Origin: Camelus ferus | Taxonomy: Eukaryota | Assembly (NCBI RefSeq): GCF_009834535.1 | Contig: NC_045696.1 | Span: forward strand, 3,350,001 to 3,414,000 | Reading direction: 5' to 3' | Length of the DNA: 64,000 bases | Shown here: positions 47,461-60,624 of the stretch, one piece after another | Position numbering within the stretch: the first letter of the stretch is position 1 | How the letters are laid out: the number at the start of each line of letters is the position of its first letter | Notes under the pieces: generated by a model | What the model was told of the DNA's origin: nothing | The model's input: the letters and a program-made list of their open reading frames with translations, nothing else | Databases searched by the model: none | Translations under genes and position numbers: made by a program

Positions 47461-50400
47461 GTGACAGTTGTCTTTTCTGCTGCAGAAACCAGAGGCAGAA
47501 AGGGTCGAGTCCTCACTAAGCCAGCCTCTCTGGGAAGACTGTGTTCTCCTTTTCCAGAAACAGCAGCGGTTGAAAGCTGGCCCGCGTGTCCTGGACAAGG
47601 GCTGCTGGGCACCGTGTCCCAACAGACGCGGCTGCAGAATCTGCCTGGGTCCTGACGGCTGTGTGGCCTCCGGCCTGCAAGGCCCGGGATGTGTTTGTTT
47701 GCCTTTGTCCTTTAATGACTTGGGAGAAAGCCATCTTTGGGCGACATGTCCTTCAAACAGATCAGCAAAGCAGAGAATGCCCCTTTTCTTAGCCACAGCT
47801 GGACGCTGGCGGGGGGAGGGGATTATCAGCCCCACCCCCACCCCCAGCCTCCCGAGTCCACATCTCAGGTGTCCAGCTGACAGCAAGGTGCCTGCCCGCC
47901 TCCACCTCTTGCGTGTTCTCACCTGAGAGCAGGTGGGAGAGGCAGGGCGGGTGTGGATGCTGGCAGAGCCTGGGACGTGGACAAAAGCACCTGCTGAGAG
48001 AATGAGGGATAAAGATTAGAAACTGAGACGGCTGTTTCGTGTTTCCGAGGTGCCCCCACATACTGCCTCAACAGACCGTCTAGTCCCGACCAAGTCGGAG
48101 TCCTCCCAGCTTCAATGGGCAGGCCTCAGAGTCCGGGAAAATCCACAGGACGGGCTTGCTGCCTCAGGGCGGACCAGGGACAAAGCAGGGACTGGGGGTA
48201 AGCTTCTGGGGTGTCAGGCTCCCCTTTCTGCCTGTCCCTCCCAGCCTTCCTCCCCCACACCCTGGCGGGGGTCTCCTGCTGCCCCTCCCTCTCCAGGCCT
48301 GGGGGGAGGGAGGATGGTGGGGGAGACCTGAGACCCCGAGTGCAAGGAGCAGGGTGCTGGCTGTCTCTCCCACCCCGTCAGGAGTGGCTTTCCCCAGAGG
48401 ATGTTCGCCTGGAGAGGCCACCGGAACGGCTCCGTGCGGAGGTTGGACCCTGCCCTGCCAAGGGCTGGGCAGCACCACCAGAGTTTCTGGACTGTCTGAC
48501 ATTTGGACAGGGTCTCAGGTGTGTTCAGGGACCCAGGCGCAGGGTCCGTGTCATCCAGAACCACAGAGATGCCCTTGACCTCCCATTTCTTCAGCCCTGA
48601 CGTGGGAACAGGAGCTCCCTGCCGGGAAGGGGGAAACCTGTCCCTTCCCTCTGCCACGGGGCGTGGACCCTGATCACAGGCCTGCTGGAGAGGGCCCTTG
48701 CGGTCCAGTCCTCACTGTGCCCTGAGTGCACGTGGGGGTCCAGGGAGAGAAGAAGTCCGAAGACTCAAAGGTCCTCAGGGCAGACCCGGGCAGGGCAGGT
48801 GGCCAGGCAGAGGGGCCCCCGGCAGGGCGAGTGCCAGGACACAGGTTCCTCCTGGCTTTCAGGGACAGGCTCACCCCTGGGCTGCACAGCCGCCATCCTC
48901 CCTGCCCCCAGCCTCCATCCCTGGCACTGATCCCCTCCTGACTGGGTCCTGGTTCCTCCTGTGAAGTGAGTAATAAGTCCTCAGGGCCAGGCCGGGGGCT
49001 CGGTCCTCTCTCTCCCCGAACATCTGTCTCTGCTCCGAACGTCGCAGGTGCCCAGCGAGCATTGACTCCATCAGCGACTCCACAACGGACTCGTGGCGCC
49101 CTGTGAAGTCCAGTCTGAGGACCAGGGCCTCGGGGACGGGTCCAGTCCCTGTCCTTGGTAGCCCTTCCCCTACTGACCTGTGCCACTCGGAGCAATGCGG
49201 GTCCATCTTGCCATCAGAAATCTGCAGATTCCAGCAGCGCTTAGCGTACTTGGCAGGGCAGGCACCAGGCACCTGTAAGACACAAGGATACAGGTGAGGC
49301 TACTTCCCATTTGTCAAATCAGAAACCCCGCGGGTGTGGACCCAAGCATTACAGTCCCACCTCCACCCCTCCCCAGGTGGTTCTAGTGCTTGTGAGCGTT
49401 TGGGAAGACCCTTCCTTGGATCAAGGTGAGCTCAGGATGCCCCTGCATCACCGCACGTACCAGCCCTCTTGCAGACGAAGCCTGGCCAAGCCCTTCCCAA
49501 GAAGCCCAGCTCGGGTGCCACCGGCGTGTCCCCACCCCCAGACCCACCCCAGGAAAGGCTCCTGCCACTGACCTGCCTTCCCGCCTGCAGCATAGCCAGG
49601 CTCCCTGCCCTGCACTGTGGCTCAGGTTCATGCTCTCTCCAGGGCCTGTATCAGGGCTTCAGAGCAAGAGGGGCTGCCGGTGCCTCCCTCAGACCCCACT
49701 GCCCAAGGGTCCCTCATGGTGGGCACTGGCCAGGCTGGCCTTCTCTCAGCGTGGCCCCCGTGGCTGCAGCCTCCTGACGCCCAGCCTCTTGCCTCTCCCT
49801 CCATTTGCTCATCTGAGGCCTCAGAACTTCCTGGACTGCATTGGATGAGGAGGGCAAAAGCCACAGGACGGAGACCATGGGGTCTTGTTGTCTGGATTTT
49901 CCAAATATTCTGAGAGAGTTTTCACAGAATGTTTCTTCTAACGCTGCCAACCCCAGCTAAGCTCCCTCCAACGCTGCGCGCATGCCCGGACCTGAACCCT
50001 CGGACCAGCTGCTGGCCGTGCCCTGGCCCGTCTCTCCTCCCAGGAACGGGGTCTCTGTCTATCGGGATTGGGGGGGAGGTTCCCTCCTGGGCCCTCTGTT
50101 GTGTTCCCTGTCCCCTGGCTTCTCTGCCCCCCGTTGCTTAAGGCATTCCTACATCCACCTCCCATTACAGGGTGCAGAGAACTCAACACTGCACCCTGAT
50201 ATAAATGCAGCACCCGAACTCGGAGCCGCCCTGCGGGGCTATCCCCTCTCACCCCAGCCGGCATGGAAACGTGCCGAGAACCAGTCATAATGTTCGCTGG
50301 TGGTGGCCATCGCTGCTCCAAAACTCGGGGAGCCGCGTGTTGTCGATGATTTGGGGGTAATTTTCCATTGAAAACTCTGCACGCTCATTGTATTTTCTTT

Positions 50401-51212
50401 CCTTCTTAGTTCCTTGGGGTTTTGTTGTTGTTTTTCTTTCTCTATTTTTTTTTCTATCATCACAAAATCCACAGAGAGACAACTGGAGTTAGCTAGTCAG
50501 CTGTGCAATACTTGGGCTTCCTGGCAACAACTTTGTGAAAAAGAAGCGCAAACCGATCATCGTTCGGGCCCCGGGGAAGGGAGCTGGCCGTGCCGTGGGC
50601 AGGCCGCGTGGGCAGGGCTCCAGCCCCGGGTGGGCAAAGCTGGGGCCTGGGGGGCCGGGCGTGGTCTCGGGGGGGCCGGCCTGGCCAGGGGTCCTGAGGT
50701 GACAGACGCCCCGCAGGTGACAAGAAACACCGTGAAGGCGTTCAGTTTGATGGGTTTCACCTGGAGCCAACCCCAGGACAAACATGTTAAGCCCCAGGCC
50801 CCCGAGGGTGTCCCTGCCCTGAGCTGCTGAGCTGAGACGCCAAGCCCCGTGGGCACCAGCGCGTTCGCTTTGTTGCGCTGACGGCGATTCTGCTGCGCTC
50901 AGAAGAATGTCTGCAAACACTTCGAGAGACGTGCAAGTGTAAACGGCGTCTGCACACTCTCGTTACCGCCTCCGGCCGGCGCCGCTTGCTGCACACGGCC
51001 GGGGTCAGGAGCCTCTGAGCTGAAGCCCCCACCCCCTTAGCTCAGCTCTGCCCAGGGTCCTGGGGTGACTTCCCTGCTCCATAAGGAAATCAGGGCTGGA
51101 GGCAGGGAGACGCCAGCCTCCCGGCAGCCATGGTATCTGGTTAGCAAGATTCAGCGCCCAGAGGCGCCCACAGGTGTCCTCAGACACCTGCTCCCTCTGC
51201 ACCCCCAGCCTC

Positions 51213-51672
51213 TGGGCAGTGGAGGGTTAACTCAGCGGGGCTGGGGTGATAGCCCTTCCCCTTCCGTTCTTGTTGGGTCCTGGGGGTGTCTACCCGTTAA
51301 GAGTGTCTGGGCACCCGGAGCCTGGACCTGCCTGGTGTCTGTGTTAATGCTGTGACCTATGGGCTGCGTACATCAGTTTGACCCGGGAGGACTGGGGTCT
51401 GAGTAGGGCAGCCACGCAGGTGATCCGTGTCCACGAGAGCCCCCTCACGTGTTGTCGCACGCCGGTGCTGGGCAATCAGCAGCGTCTGCTCGTTGCGCCT
51501 GGGCCAGGACGGCGGCAGCGCAGCCTGCTCTCTCCTGGACCCTCCCAGGCGTCCTCTCCTTTGTTGATTTTCATCTGTGTCCTTTCGCTACAATAAACTG
51601 TAACCTCTGTGTCCTGTGGGTCTTTTTAAAGGATCATCAAAACTAAAGGTGGTCTTGGGGACCCCTGACACA
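51213..51672 (+). mobile_element. ERVL LTR (MER77/MER21/MER68 group)
   Basis: Start TGGGCAGTGGAGGGTTAACTCAGC; CTACAATAAACTGTAACC; end GGTGGTCTTGGGGACCCCTGACACA. Confidence 0.75.
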
Positions 51673-54600
51673 TCCTTCTCCCTAAAAATCCCCAACTGGT
51701 ATCTCCATGGGAGAAGGATTAAGATGATTCCTGCCCTTTTCGGGAGAAAGGGACCTTCTGACGTTCTCATGGCAGAGGGACGGGCAGGCATCTGTGAAGG
51801 GGAGGAAGATGACAGCCTGAGTCCCAGTCCACGACCTCCTTTCCCTGCCACTGAGACTGGAGGTCGCAGCAGGTCGGGCCCGGCTCCAGGCCCCAGGGGA
51901 GTCCCATGAGAGGGCACTGGCCCGCTTGTCGCAGGGTCTAGGACAGTCCAGAGCCGTCGGATGCTGGTCCTGAGGCCAGCCAGGGTCTTGCTCCCACGCC
52001 CGGGTTCCCACCCGGAAGCCGGCCCTGGTGGTCGGCCCCACAGGCATGTGTGCAGACTTGGAAGCCTACCCCTCCCCCCCAGCCACGGGCCTCCCAGCTC
52101 CTGCCTCTCTCTGGGCGCAGTGTCTCCACCTGAATGATGAGGGGCATCGTCCCCGCCTCAGAGGGTAGACAAAACGGCGCAGTCTATGTGAAGTGCGGGG
52201 TCCGGTGCCCAGCGTGTAAGGGTTGGCGTGGGAAGCGGTGTCTACGCCCACGTCCGGGATCCCAGTCAGCAAGCCTGGCAGCCGTCACCACCCCTCACTG
52301 GAGGACTTAACCTCGTCTGCGCCACCTGGGGGAGGGCGACAGTACCACTCTGCCCAGCAGCGCCACTGGGGACGTGAGGGAGCTCACACAGCACCTGAGA
52401 CGGGGTATGCCACCCGTGAAGGCCAGCTGCTGTGCCCAAGTGCTGGGGGCACTAGTCATGCGACCTTGACAGGCCCCCTTATAGTGCCGTGGCGTCTGCC
52501 TCCTCACCTAGGAAACCGGGAACATGCCGCTCCCACCCGGTCCTCGTGAGGACCGCGGGGCAAAACACACGTAACAGTTTGAAGAGCCCGCAGGCCCGCA
52601 CGCTTCCCGTGTTCACGTGGGGCTGGGGGCTGAGTTTTCATGTACAACAGGCCAGGGTTCTTTCCAGAAGCAGAGGTTGGCCCAGGGTAACAGCGGGACA
52701 GACGCAAAGACAGGGGAGGACCAGGCAGCCTTGTTCACCCGATGCTCACGCAGGGACCACGGAGCCGGGCGGAGACCCGGGACCACAGAGAGACCGGCTG
52801 TGGGAGCTGTGGCCCCTCCAGACGGGAGAGCTTGAAGTGGATTGAGAATTGGGTCAGGGAGGAAGCAGAGAGTTGAATCTGATCATTGATGGAGCCCCTG
52901 GAGGGGAGCACAGACTGACCAGACTGGAGGATGGAAGATGATCCGGGTGAACCCAGGGCTCAGCCTGGGAGACCGGCTCCTCCGCAGGTGTCAGGGCAGC
53001 TCTTAGCAAAGGTCTCGTCAGTGGCCTGATAGAACCATCCAAACGTCACAATCCCCGGCCTCAAATCTAGACCCAAATCCCCCCCAACTTGAGAGGATCT
53101 CCCTGTTCTTGCTGGGGGCGCTGAAACTGTTTCTGAAGTGCAGGAGCCTCTTTGAGCGCCAGGAATGCTCAGAATCACATGCAGATGATAGGATAAATCA
53201 GATTCACTCTATACATCCTTCCCTGTTATGTTCAGGGAAGAGTCTGTGTGCTTCCAAGTTTACAATGTTGAAGACAGTGAGGCATGTTTAAGGCTCCCAC
53301 AACATAGCTTTTCCCGGTTTATCCCGAAGAATTGATGATACTGGTTTAAAACCTGCTGCTCCTTCTGGACTCGTGCATCAAAGCTGAGAGGTAAGAGAAA
53401 CGGACTGAGTGTGTGAACAGGATTGCAGCGTTTGTTAGACCCCGAGTCCCGCCAAGTTTCTAGACTCAGTTACCAACTGAGTTTTGAGTCACTGCTGGAT
53501 AAACGGGAAAGGTCGGGGAGTAAAGCGTTGAGGTCTGTGAGCTGAGACAGGTGTCCTGTGTGGGACCTGCCCACGCAGGCAGGAATCTGGGGATGGTGGG
53601 TGGGTAGCTGGGGGGCCACTGAGTTTTCTAAAAAAACTGGAATTTTTTTAAAGCACATGGGCCTCACGGTTGAAGCTTCCTAGAAAGAAAATCAAAATAC
53701 ATTCAATTTGTAAGTACAGTTTAAAATGCCCAAGGGGATTTAATGGACAGGATTGGTTACAAGAGTTTCTGTCATTTGAGTTACTCAGTCTCCAGGTTCC
53801 ACATGAAAGCGATCGTTAGAACTCCCCAGATAAACACAAAATAAATTAAAAAGAGTTACAAGTGGGATTTAGTTAGGGAAAATAATTGTCTTTAAGTAAT
53901 GTAACCTCAATAAATGATAAGGTCACATTTTCAGCAGTTGTGAAGGTGCTTTCCGTGCACAGCAGCCTCCAGGACATCCGAGCCCCCGACGGGGCGTCCG
54001 TCAGCGCCAGGCAGGTGCAGGGCTCAGACCCTCTGAGGACGGAGGTCCGGAAGCCCCAGGACCAGAGCGGGACAGTGAACATGCCTGGGGCAGCCACCTG
54101 GATCCTGAGGCCGCCTCCTCCCCAGGCTGCACCCCATCCCCTCCTCACCGCAGGAGCCAACAGCAGGCCAGCCAGTAAGGGAGGCGACCCTGCAGGCCGG
54201 GAGCACCGTTCCTGCACCCAGCACCCGCCCACTTCCGGGCGGAGGGTGGGGAGTGGGTGAGAGGTCTGTGCAGACCTGAAGAGCGGGTCACCCGGGCTCC
54301 TGGGCCGCCCGCGCGGTCCCCGCCCTGCCGCTCCGAGGAAGAATCAAGGATCAGCTTGGTGGCAACACTGCCGTTGATGAACGCACTGCTGAGAGGTCTC
54401 CCGGAGGACACGGGTCCTGTCTGCACCCCGGGAGCACGTGGCCAGACCTTGTGGAGGTAAAGAATTACAGGAGCCTCCCTGGGAAAGAAATGGGGGTGCC
54501 CGGTGGGCCAGACCTCTGTCGTGAGCAGGCCAGGCCCCTGAGAGGGTAGAAACCGGATTTGGGCACAGCGAGGGCTAGGGGACAGGGACACGAAGGGGGG

Positions 54601-56019
54601 ACATAAGGTCGCTGTGGCCCCAAAGCAGTGAAAGCGGGAACAAAGCCCGCGAGCGGCCCGAACCTGGGCCAAGAGCTGACCTGCTCCCAGTCAGGCCCGC
54701 ATGCTCCGTGGGGCTGGGCTGGCCAGCCCCCTCCCCAGAGGGGGCCACTGGCTGGTCCAGGGCTGTGGGGCTCTCCCCAGCACGGGGCACAGCGGGAGCC
54801 AGGGGCCACGCCAGCCTCCACGGGGATGAGGCTCCCTGGACGCTGGGCGCACTGGGGGCCCCTCCATCTGTGGCCAGGGCTCCATCGCAGGCTTCCTCCC
54901 TCGCAGCCTGCCTCCTCCCCAGGGCTCCCCACTGTGACCAGGTGACTGGGGATCCTGGAGAAACGGGGTCCCAGCAGGGATGGGCTCAGACAACCCGCTC
55001 AGAGAGGGACCTGGGGCTGCTGTTGGGGTTTCTGCCCCACTGTCCCAGCCCCTGCAGGGTCATGCCATGTGGCAACCACCCCCCGCCCCCTCCCCAGGCC
55101 CCCCTGGCAGGGAGAGTCCTGGAGTAGGGCAGGCAGGGACCGAGCTTCACCCTGCCCACCTGGGGCCAGGGCTTGTGTCCACCCCGGGGTTGTGTTTTTA
55201 ATGTTCTGCTCTGCTGTCCTGAGTCATTGAAAATTCTTTCTCCAGAAACAGAGGAAGGTCAAGGTTACAGCTTGGCCGGGCCTGGGATGGAGGCCCTGCT
55301 ACCAGGTGGTCAGGGAGCTAGGTCCCATCATAAGACCCTAGAGCGGCCTTGCTTAGCAGCCTTTCTCACGTTTGTTTGCACACAAACCCTCTTCTCCCCA
55401 CGGGACTCGAGTCCTGCAGCCCCTGCTGTGGAACATGGTGTGGTGGCCGTGACCAGGGACAGCCCAGGGCTGACGTCCAGGCCCTGCACTTACTGCTTCG
55501 CTGGGGGAGGTCCCTGAGGTCTCAGGGCTTCTGCTGTCCCTCTGTGGTCTGATGCTTGTCTCCCAAGACCACAGCACAAGTGGGCGATGTGTGCCTGGCA
55601 CCAGCTCTCAGGCTTTGAGGTGAGTGTTCTGCAAACATCATTGCCGCCGGACGGGCTGGGAGGATGAGCAGGGGCCTGACCCTAAAGGGTAGGTGGCTTC
55701 CTTGGCATCTCTCTCGGCGGCCGGGGCAGACTTAGAAGAGAGCTCACATAACCCGCCTCAGGCTCCCCCAGGGCCCCAGGGTGCACTCCCCTCACCACTG
55801 TCAGAGGTCCTGCCGCCCTCCCTGGGGAGGATGTCTAAGTGGGAACTGGGCCCTTCCTGTAGGAACTATCCAATCAGAAGCCATCGCTCATCCACGAAGA
55901 ACATTCTGGAAGCATGGCTTGACGAGGTTGGGTTATTCCTCCTGGAACGTGTGTGTGGCTTTCTTGTGGCCGTGGACTGGCTGAAACTGACCAGCATGAT
56001 GTCAGCCCCATCCACCCAT

Positions 56020-56410
56020 GGAAGAGGCTCCGAGCCTCAGCAGTCAGCACGGGACGTCCTCCTGGCCAGAGCTGGGGACACGATCCCAGACATTTCAATC
56101 GAGATAACCCAAGCCCCTTTGTTCAATAGCTGGGGAGACACTGCCTTTCTTCTGCTGGACACAAATGAGGGAGCACTGCTGCTCACAGCTATCTGGGGGA
56201 CTCGAGGGGATTCTGGCAGAAGCTAAAACCCTGGAAGGAGAGCAAAAGGAGGGACAAAGCCTGGGTCCTTGAGAGCTGCAGGAGAGAGCCTTGCCTGAAG
56301 GCCACCCTGCCCTGCACTTTTCATCTGCAAGGGGTCATAAATTGTCTCTATCATTAAAGCCCTTTGGAGTTGAGTTTCTATTACTTGTGGCTCCAAAATC
56401 CCTGATGCTA
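56020..56410 (+). mobile_element. Old MaLR LTR (MLT1J/K-like)
   Basis: GCCTGGGTCCTTGA...TGCCTGAAGGCCACCCTGCCCTGCACTTTTCA...TTAAAGCCCTTTGGAGTTGAGTTTCTATTACTTG. Confidence 0.65.
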
Positions 56411-56525
56411 GTATCTCCCCACTTCACAGGTGAGAAAATTGAGGCTCAGAGACATCACATGATGTGTCCCACATGGCAGAGCCAGTGCCTTTAACCTCGA
56501 CCCCACCCTGACTCCCACCATCACA
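56411..56525 (-). mobile_element. MIR
   Basis: CCCCACTTCACAGGTGAGAAAATTGAGGCTCAGAGA. Confidence 0.75.
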
Positions 56526-57614
56526 CGGCAAAAGCTCTGAGTATACTGTGGGCGAACGAACCCGCCCCCTCCCAGGAGCAGTCCCTACCGTGGAGTTCCT
56601 CTCACCAGAGTCTGGGATCTTGAAAAGTGAGAACCCACAGTCCCTGATGATGGAATGACCCTGCCCTGCCCACGCCAGACCGGAACCACGTCCTCTAGGT
56701 GACACAGACGCTTCCCACTCTGGCCCCCAGATCCCCAGCTTTGCTCGAGCCCTGAGAGCCTGCGGCCAGCAGTCCCCGCTGTGCCCCACACCCCAGCCCT
56801 CGTCCAGAGAAGCTCGCTCGCTCAGCGCAGGCTCCGTGGCACAGAGACGCCATTTCCTGCTGTGGCCGCCCTAGTCCCCCCAGGAATGGAGAGGGAGGGG
56901 AAGGAAGGCGTCCCCATCCCCTGGGAAGTCTGGGCAGGGAAGCAGATTCCACACGGGTTCGGACCCCACCAGCTGGCGCCTCTGATACCCCTGCTTTGGA
57001 GGCACGAGTTCTGAGCACCCTGCAGGGCCAGTGACGAAGTAAATATTCACATTTTAAGATAAGACAAAAAAAAATTTAAACCTAAACATTCTTCTCTGCT
57101 GTTTGGGCTGTTCCCTCCCCTCCAGTGTGCACTGTGCATCTGCATTGGGTGTGAACCAGACCTCCCCAAAGCAGAAACACCTGCTCAACCATACGATTGC
57201 TTTTTCTTCTTCTGACACCAGCCATGTAGCACCTTAGAAGGCAGCATTCCTTTCTCCACCCTGTAAGGGGTCGCGATGACCCACCACTCGCCTGGTATGT
57301 GCAGAATCTTTGGTGAACTTTATGCATGAGGCCAATGTACCATTTCCCTTAAAGACAGTGATTACAGCAGATGGGTCAGACGGCCTGGGGGGGGGGGTAC
57401 TGGGCTGCACTTAATGGAAGCTCTTAGCTTAAGTACTTACTTATGATCTTATTAATGTTACTAGCCATATTCTGTGTCTCTTACAAGAGTATTGTTCCTT
57501 GCATTACCAAATGTGTGCCTGAGATTCAGATAAAATTAGTGACGATGAGGCAACTGGAAATGACTGAGCATTGTCACCGTTCTTCCGCTGTGAGCTACCA
57601 CTAGGTCTTGTATA

Positions 57615-57670
57615 TATTTACACAACGTTGTAAAATGACTGTAATGCAATAAAAAAAAGTTTAAAAAAAG
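57615..57670 (+). mobile_element. Short young L1 3' tail
   Basis: TTTACACAACGTTGTAAAATGACTGTAATGCAATAAAAAAAAGTTTAAAAAAA, same type as 3457-3589. Confidence 0.75.
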
Positions 57671-57699
57671 GAAAAGATTGATCAAAAATGTAGTTTTAT

Positions 57700-58135
57700 A
57701 TGAAAGAATGCTATTTGCAGCAACATGGCTGGACCTGGAGGTGATCATACTCAGTGAAGGAAGTCAGACAGAGAAAGACAAACACCATATGACATCACTT
57801 ACATGTGGAATCTAGAATATGACCCCAATGAACTTATTTATGGCACAGAAACAGATTCACAGACATAGAAAACAAACTTATGGTTATCAAAGGGGAAGGT
57901 TGGTCGGGAGGACAAACTAGGAATCTGGGATCAGCAGATGCAAACTATTATATATAGAATAAACAACCAGGTCCTACTGTCCAGCACAGGGAACTGTATC
58001 CAATAGCTTGTAATAAATCATAGTGGAAAAGAATATGGAAAAGAATGTACACACATATACATGTATAACTGAATCACTTCTCTGTACATCAGAAACTAAC
58101 ACAACATCGTCAATCAACTTTAGGTCAAAAAATAT
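57700..58135 (+). mobile_element. 5'-truncated L1 (end of ORF2 plus 3'UTR, artiodactyl type)
   Basis: Encodes the L1 ORF2 C-terminus FAATWLDLEVIILSEGSQTEKDKHHMTSLTCGI*, followed by a typical 3'UTR (CAGCACAGGGAACTG...TATAACTGAATCACTT...AACTAACACAACAT). Confidence 0.88.
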
Positions 58136-59109
58136 GTGTATGGTTCCATAAGATCAATGGTTGTAACAGTGTGACTCTAGATACGGGCAGAGGCAACAAG
58201 AGGGAACTGCTTCCTGGACCACCACAGACCAGTAAGACAGGCGATCCAGAGGCTGCTGGCTACTGGGCAGAGGCTCTAGTCTGGTAACAGCACACGGAGT
58301 GTTCTATCAGTGAGATCCTCGCCTGAGCTGGGAGTGGGCATTCCTAGCGCCGTGGGACAAATTGGTCACGAGATGCCTCCCAAACTTCAGTTGAAATTAA
58401 GACCGAAAGGTGTGAAATAAGGAATGTTGCCCATCTTCCCAATCTGCAAGAATCAAGCCTTTAGCCGTAGCAGTCCCCGGCCCACCAGGAACTCGGAGGG
58501 AAGATCCAGGACAGACACTCTCCCCTCGGGGAAAACTGACAAAACCGGCCCTCAGACAGCTAGGTATTTTCGGGAGAAGTTTTTTATGAAGCTGAATTCT
58601 TGCATCTCCCCCTTACTTGGAAAAGCACTGAAACCGTAGACTTGTTCCTGGTGAGCAGCAGCACGTGCTGGACTGCACGGGCCCCTTGGCCAAATCACAC
58701 ATACGCCGGCCTCCCCGTTACCTCTTCAGGGCAGTTCTCAGACCTTCTGCAAGACTGGGTTGGCTGGAATAAAATGTTTTTCTTTCTTTCTTAGATTGAC
58801 CATTGATTAATATTTTCTTTGAGACAGCATGGTTGTCTGAGCCCTGTCCCAGCAGACACGTGCCCAGGACCCCGAAGCCCTGTGGAGTGTTCCAGCCTCG
58901 CTTAGTCTGCAGGCAAGAGGCTCAAAGCGGGTGGAAGAGAGCAAACCAGACAAGAAGGACTCTGGCGGCTGCGGGAGCAGCGGGACTTCCGCCCTGGTCT
59001 GCAGCGCCATCTCGTGGTGGTGCCGGGGCAGAGCGGCCTGGGCCGGGGGCTGCGAGGCTGGCACCTGTGAGTCTCCACTCATTCCCCCCTTCGGTTTCCA
59101 TCACACCCT

Positions 59110-59290
59110 CCACCACAGAGCAGATCACTGGACTTGACAACCCGCAGGCCTGGTTTCAATTCCAGCTCCTCCACTGACTAGCTGTTTGACTTTGGGAAAG
59201 TCGCATAGCGTCTCCACGCCCTCCATTTCAGAGTGAGAAAAGTCACATACAGGAGGCCTGGGATGAGGACTGAGCTAGGTGACACTTGCA
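59110..59290 (+). mobile_element. MIR
   Basis: CCTGGTTTCAATTCCAGCTCCTCCACTGACTAGCTGTTTGACTTTGGGAAAGTC...GATGAGGACTGA. Confidence 0.75.
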
Positions 59291-59719
59291 GGGCACGCAC
59301 AGTCCCGCCCCTCGCAGGCGCGAGAAGCCCACTCTGTCCGTGAACAGACCTTCTGGGGCGTCTCCAAGGCCCCAGCGTCTGGCCTCACAGGTCTGGCCTT
59401 GCACAAACCTGGTGGTAACCTCTGCATCAGAGAGCAGTGAACAACCTCTACAGATGTCCAGGGCCACCCTGGGTCCCTCCCTTCCTCCTTCTGTTCCAAC
59501 ATGCTTTGAAATTAATTCCTGAGCCGTGGCAGCAGGAGGAGTCTGGGACTGGAAGGTTTAAGCTACAAGCAGTAGGCAGACTTAGGCTGCTCCTGCACAG
59601 AAGTCTTGACAGAGCAGCGCTTCAGGAACTCCCGTAGGAGTAACGTGAGCACATGTGCACACATGTGCATTATTTCGTCTCCCCCTCCCTTGGCCTCCCT
59701 GATTTTCCTGTGAGCAGTA

Positions 59720-60250
59720 TTCACAGGGGCTTTCCTTTAGATAGATTTTGAGTTCCTAAAGGCAAGAACTCTACCTCCTTCCTTTTGTCTTCCTAATGTC
59801 AGCATAAGAACTGGAACAAACTAACATTCCTTAGATGGATGGATGAATGGATGAGTGGATAAATGGAGAGATACATGGGTGGATGGATGGAAGGACAGAT
59901 GTGTGGATGAATGGGTGGATGGATGGATGGATGGATGACTGAGTGGATGGGAGGATGGGCAGATGGAATGACAGATGGTTTAGTGGATGGGTTGATGGGT
60001 ACAGAGGATAATGGGTGGATGGTTAGATGAGTGGATGGAGGGACCAGGTCAGGGCACCTCACAGCACACATGCACTTGTCCCTCTCAGCACTTACCACGA
60101 CTCCCACCATCTATTGATTTCAGCATCTGTCTCTCTCCCACAAGACCACATGCTCTAGGAGGGCAGAACTAAGTCTGTCTCTCACAATTAACCACTGCAC
60201 TGAGCCCAGGGCCTGGTGCATGGTGTGCACTCAGGAAATATTGTCAAAAA
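59720..60250 (+). mobile_element. Two L2 3'-end fragments flanking a (TGGA)n tract
   Basis: TAGATTTTGAGTTCCTAAAGGCAAGAACT; AGACCACATGCTCTAGGAGGGCAGAACT...CCAGGGCCTGGTGCATGGTGTGCACTCAGGAAATATT. Confidence 0.65.
59835..60040. repeat. (TGGA)n degenerate simple repeat
   Basis: About 200 bp of GATG/TGGA variants. Confidence 0.9.
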
Positions 60251-60624
60251 AAATAGACTGGGGCAGCAGAGGGGAAAAGAGGAGACCAGGTTTGTATTAT
60301 TACAGGAAACACGAATGAATGGACACGGTATTTACTGAGGTTACATGAAAACTGTAGATGGAGTTTTAAATGCACATCAGCTACTTTATCTGAAATCCAA
60401 AAAGCCACACGGTCATGCGACTCAAACCAGTCGACTGAATGCTTACTGTCTCCTTTTCTAGAAAACTAAGTGAGAGGCGCCGAGCTGGTGGCAGACGTGG
60501 ATGCAGCTCAAGAGGAGCCACAGACGCTCCCTGGCCCCCAGGACGCACAGCGCAGCAGCCCCTCAGGGATGCCGGGCGAGCACATGACGTGGGTGGAACC
60601 AGACAGAGCAGACAGCACGGGTGG

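Larger units (their letters stand above)
57032..58826 (+). mobile_element. Long or composite ERV LTR related to 33233-33732, interrupted by L1 tails
   Basis: 5' TGACGAAGTAAATATTCACATTTTAAGATAAGACAAAAAAAAATTTAAAC aligns with 33233 TGATGAAATAAAGTTTCCATTTTCAAGCAAGACAAGAAAAATTAAAC; AATAAA at 58768-58773; ends in ...GAGACA. Confidence 0.7.

Noticed and set aside
49178..49272. 95-nt exon-like segment on the minus strand (TCTTACAG| ... CAG|GTCAGT)
   Set aside because: Sequence looks MIR-derived, has no recognisable protein similarity and no partner exons; such site pairs arise by chance
33233..58826. One giant provirus bounded by the two related LTRs
   Set aside because: 24 kb apart, LTRs diverged and unequal in length, no primer-binding site or gag/pol/env, and the interior contains older MIR/L2/L1ME/DNA-transposon relics
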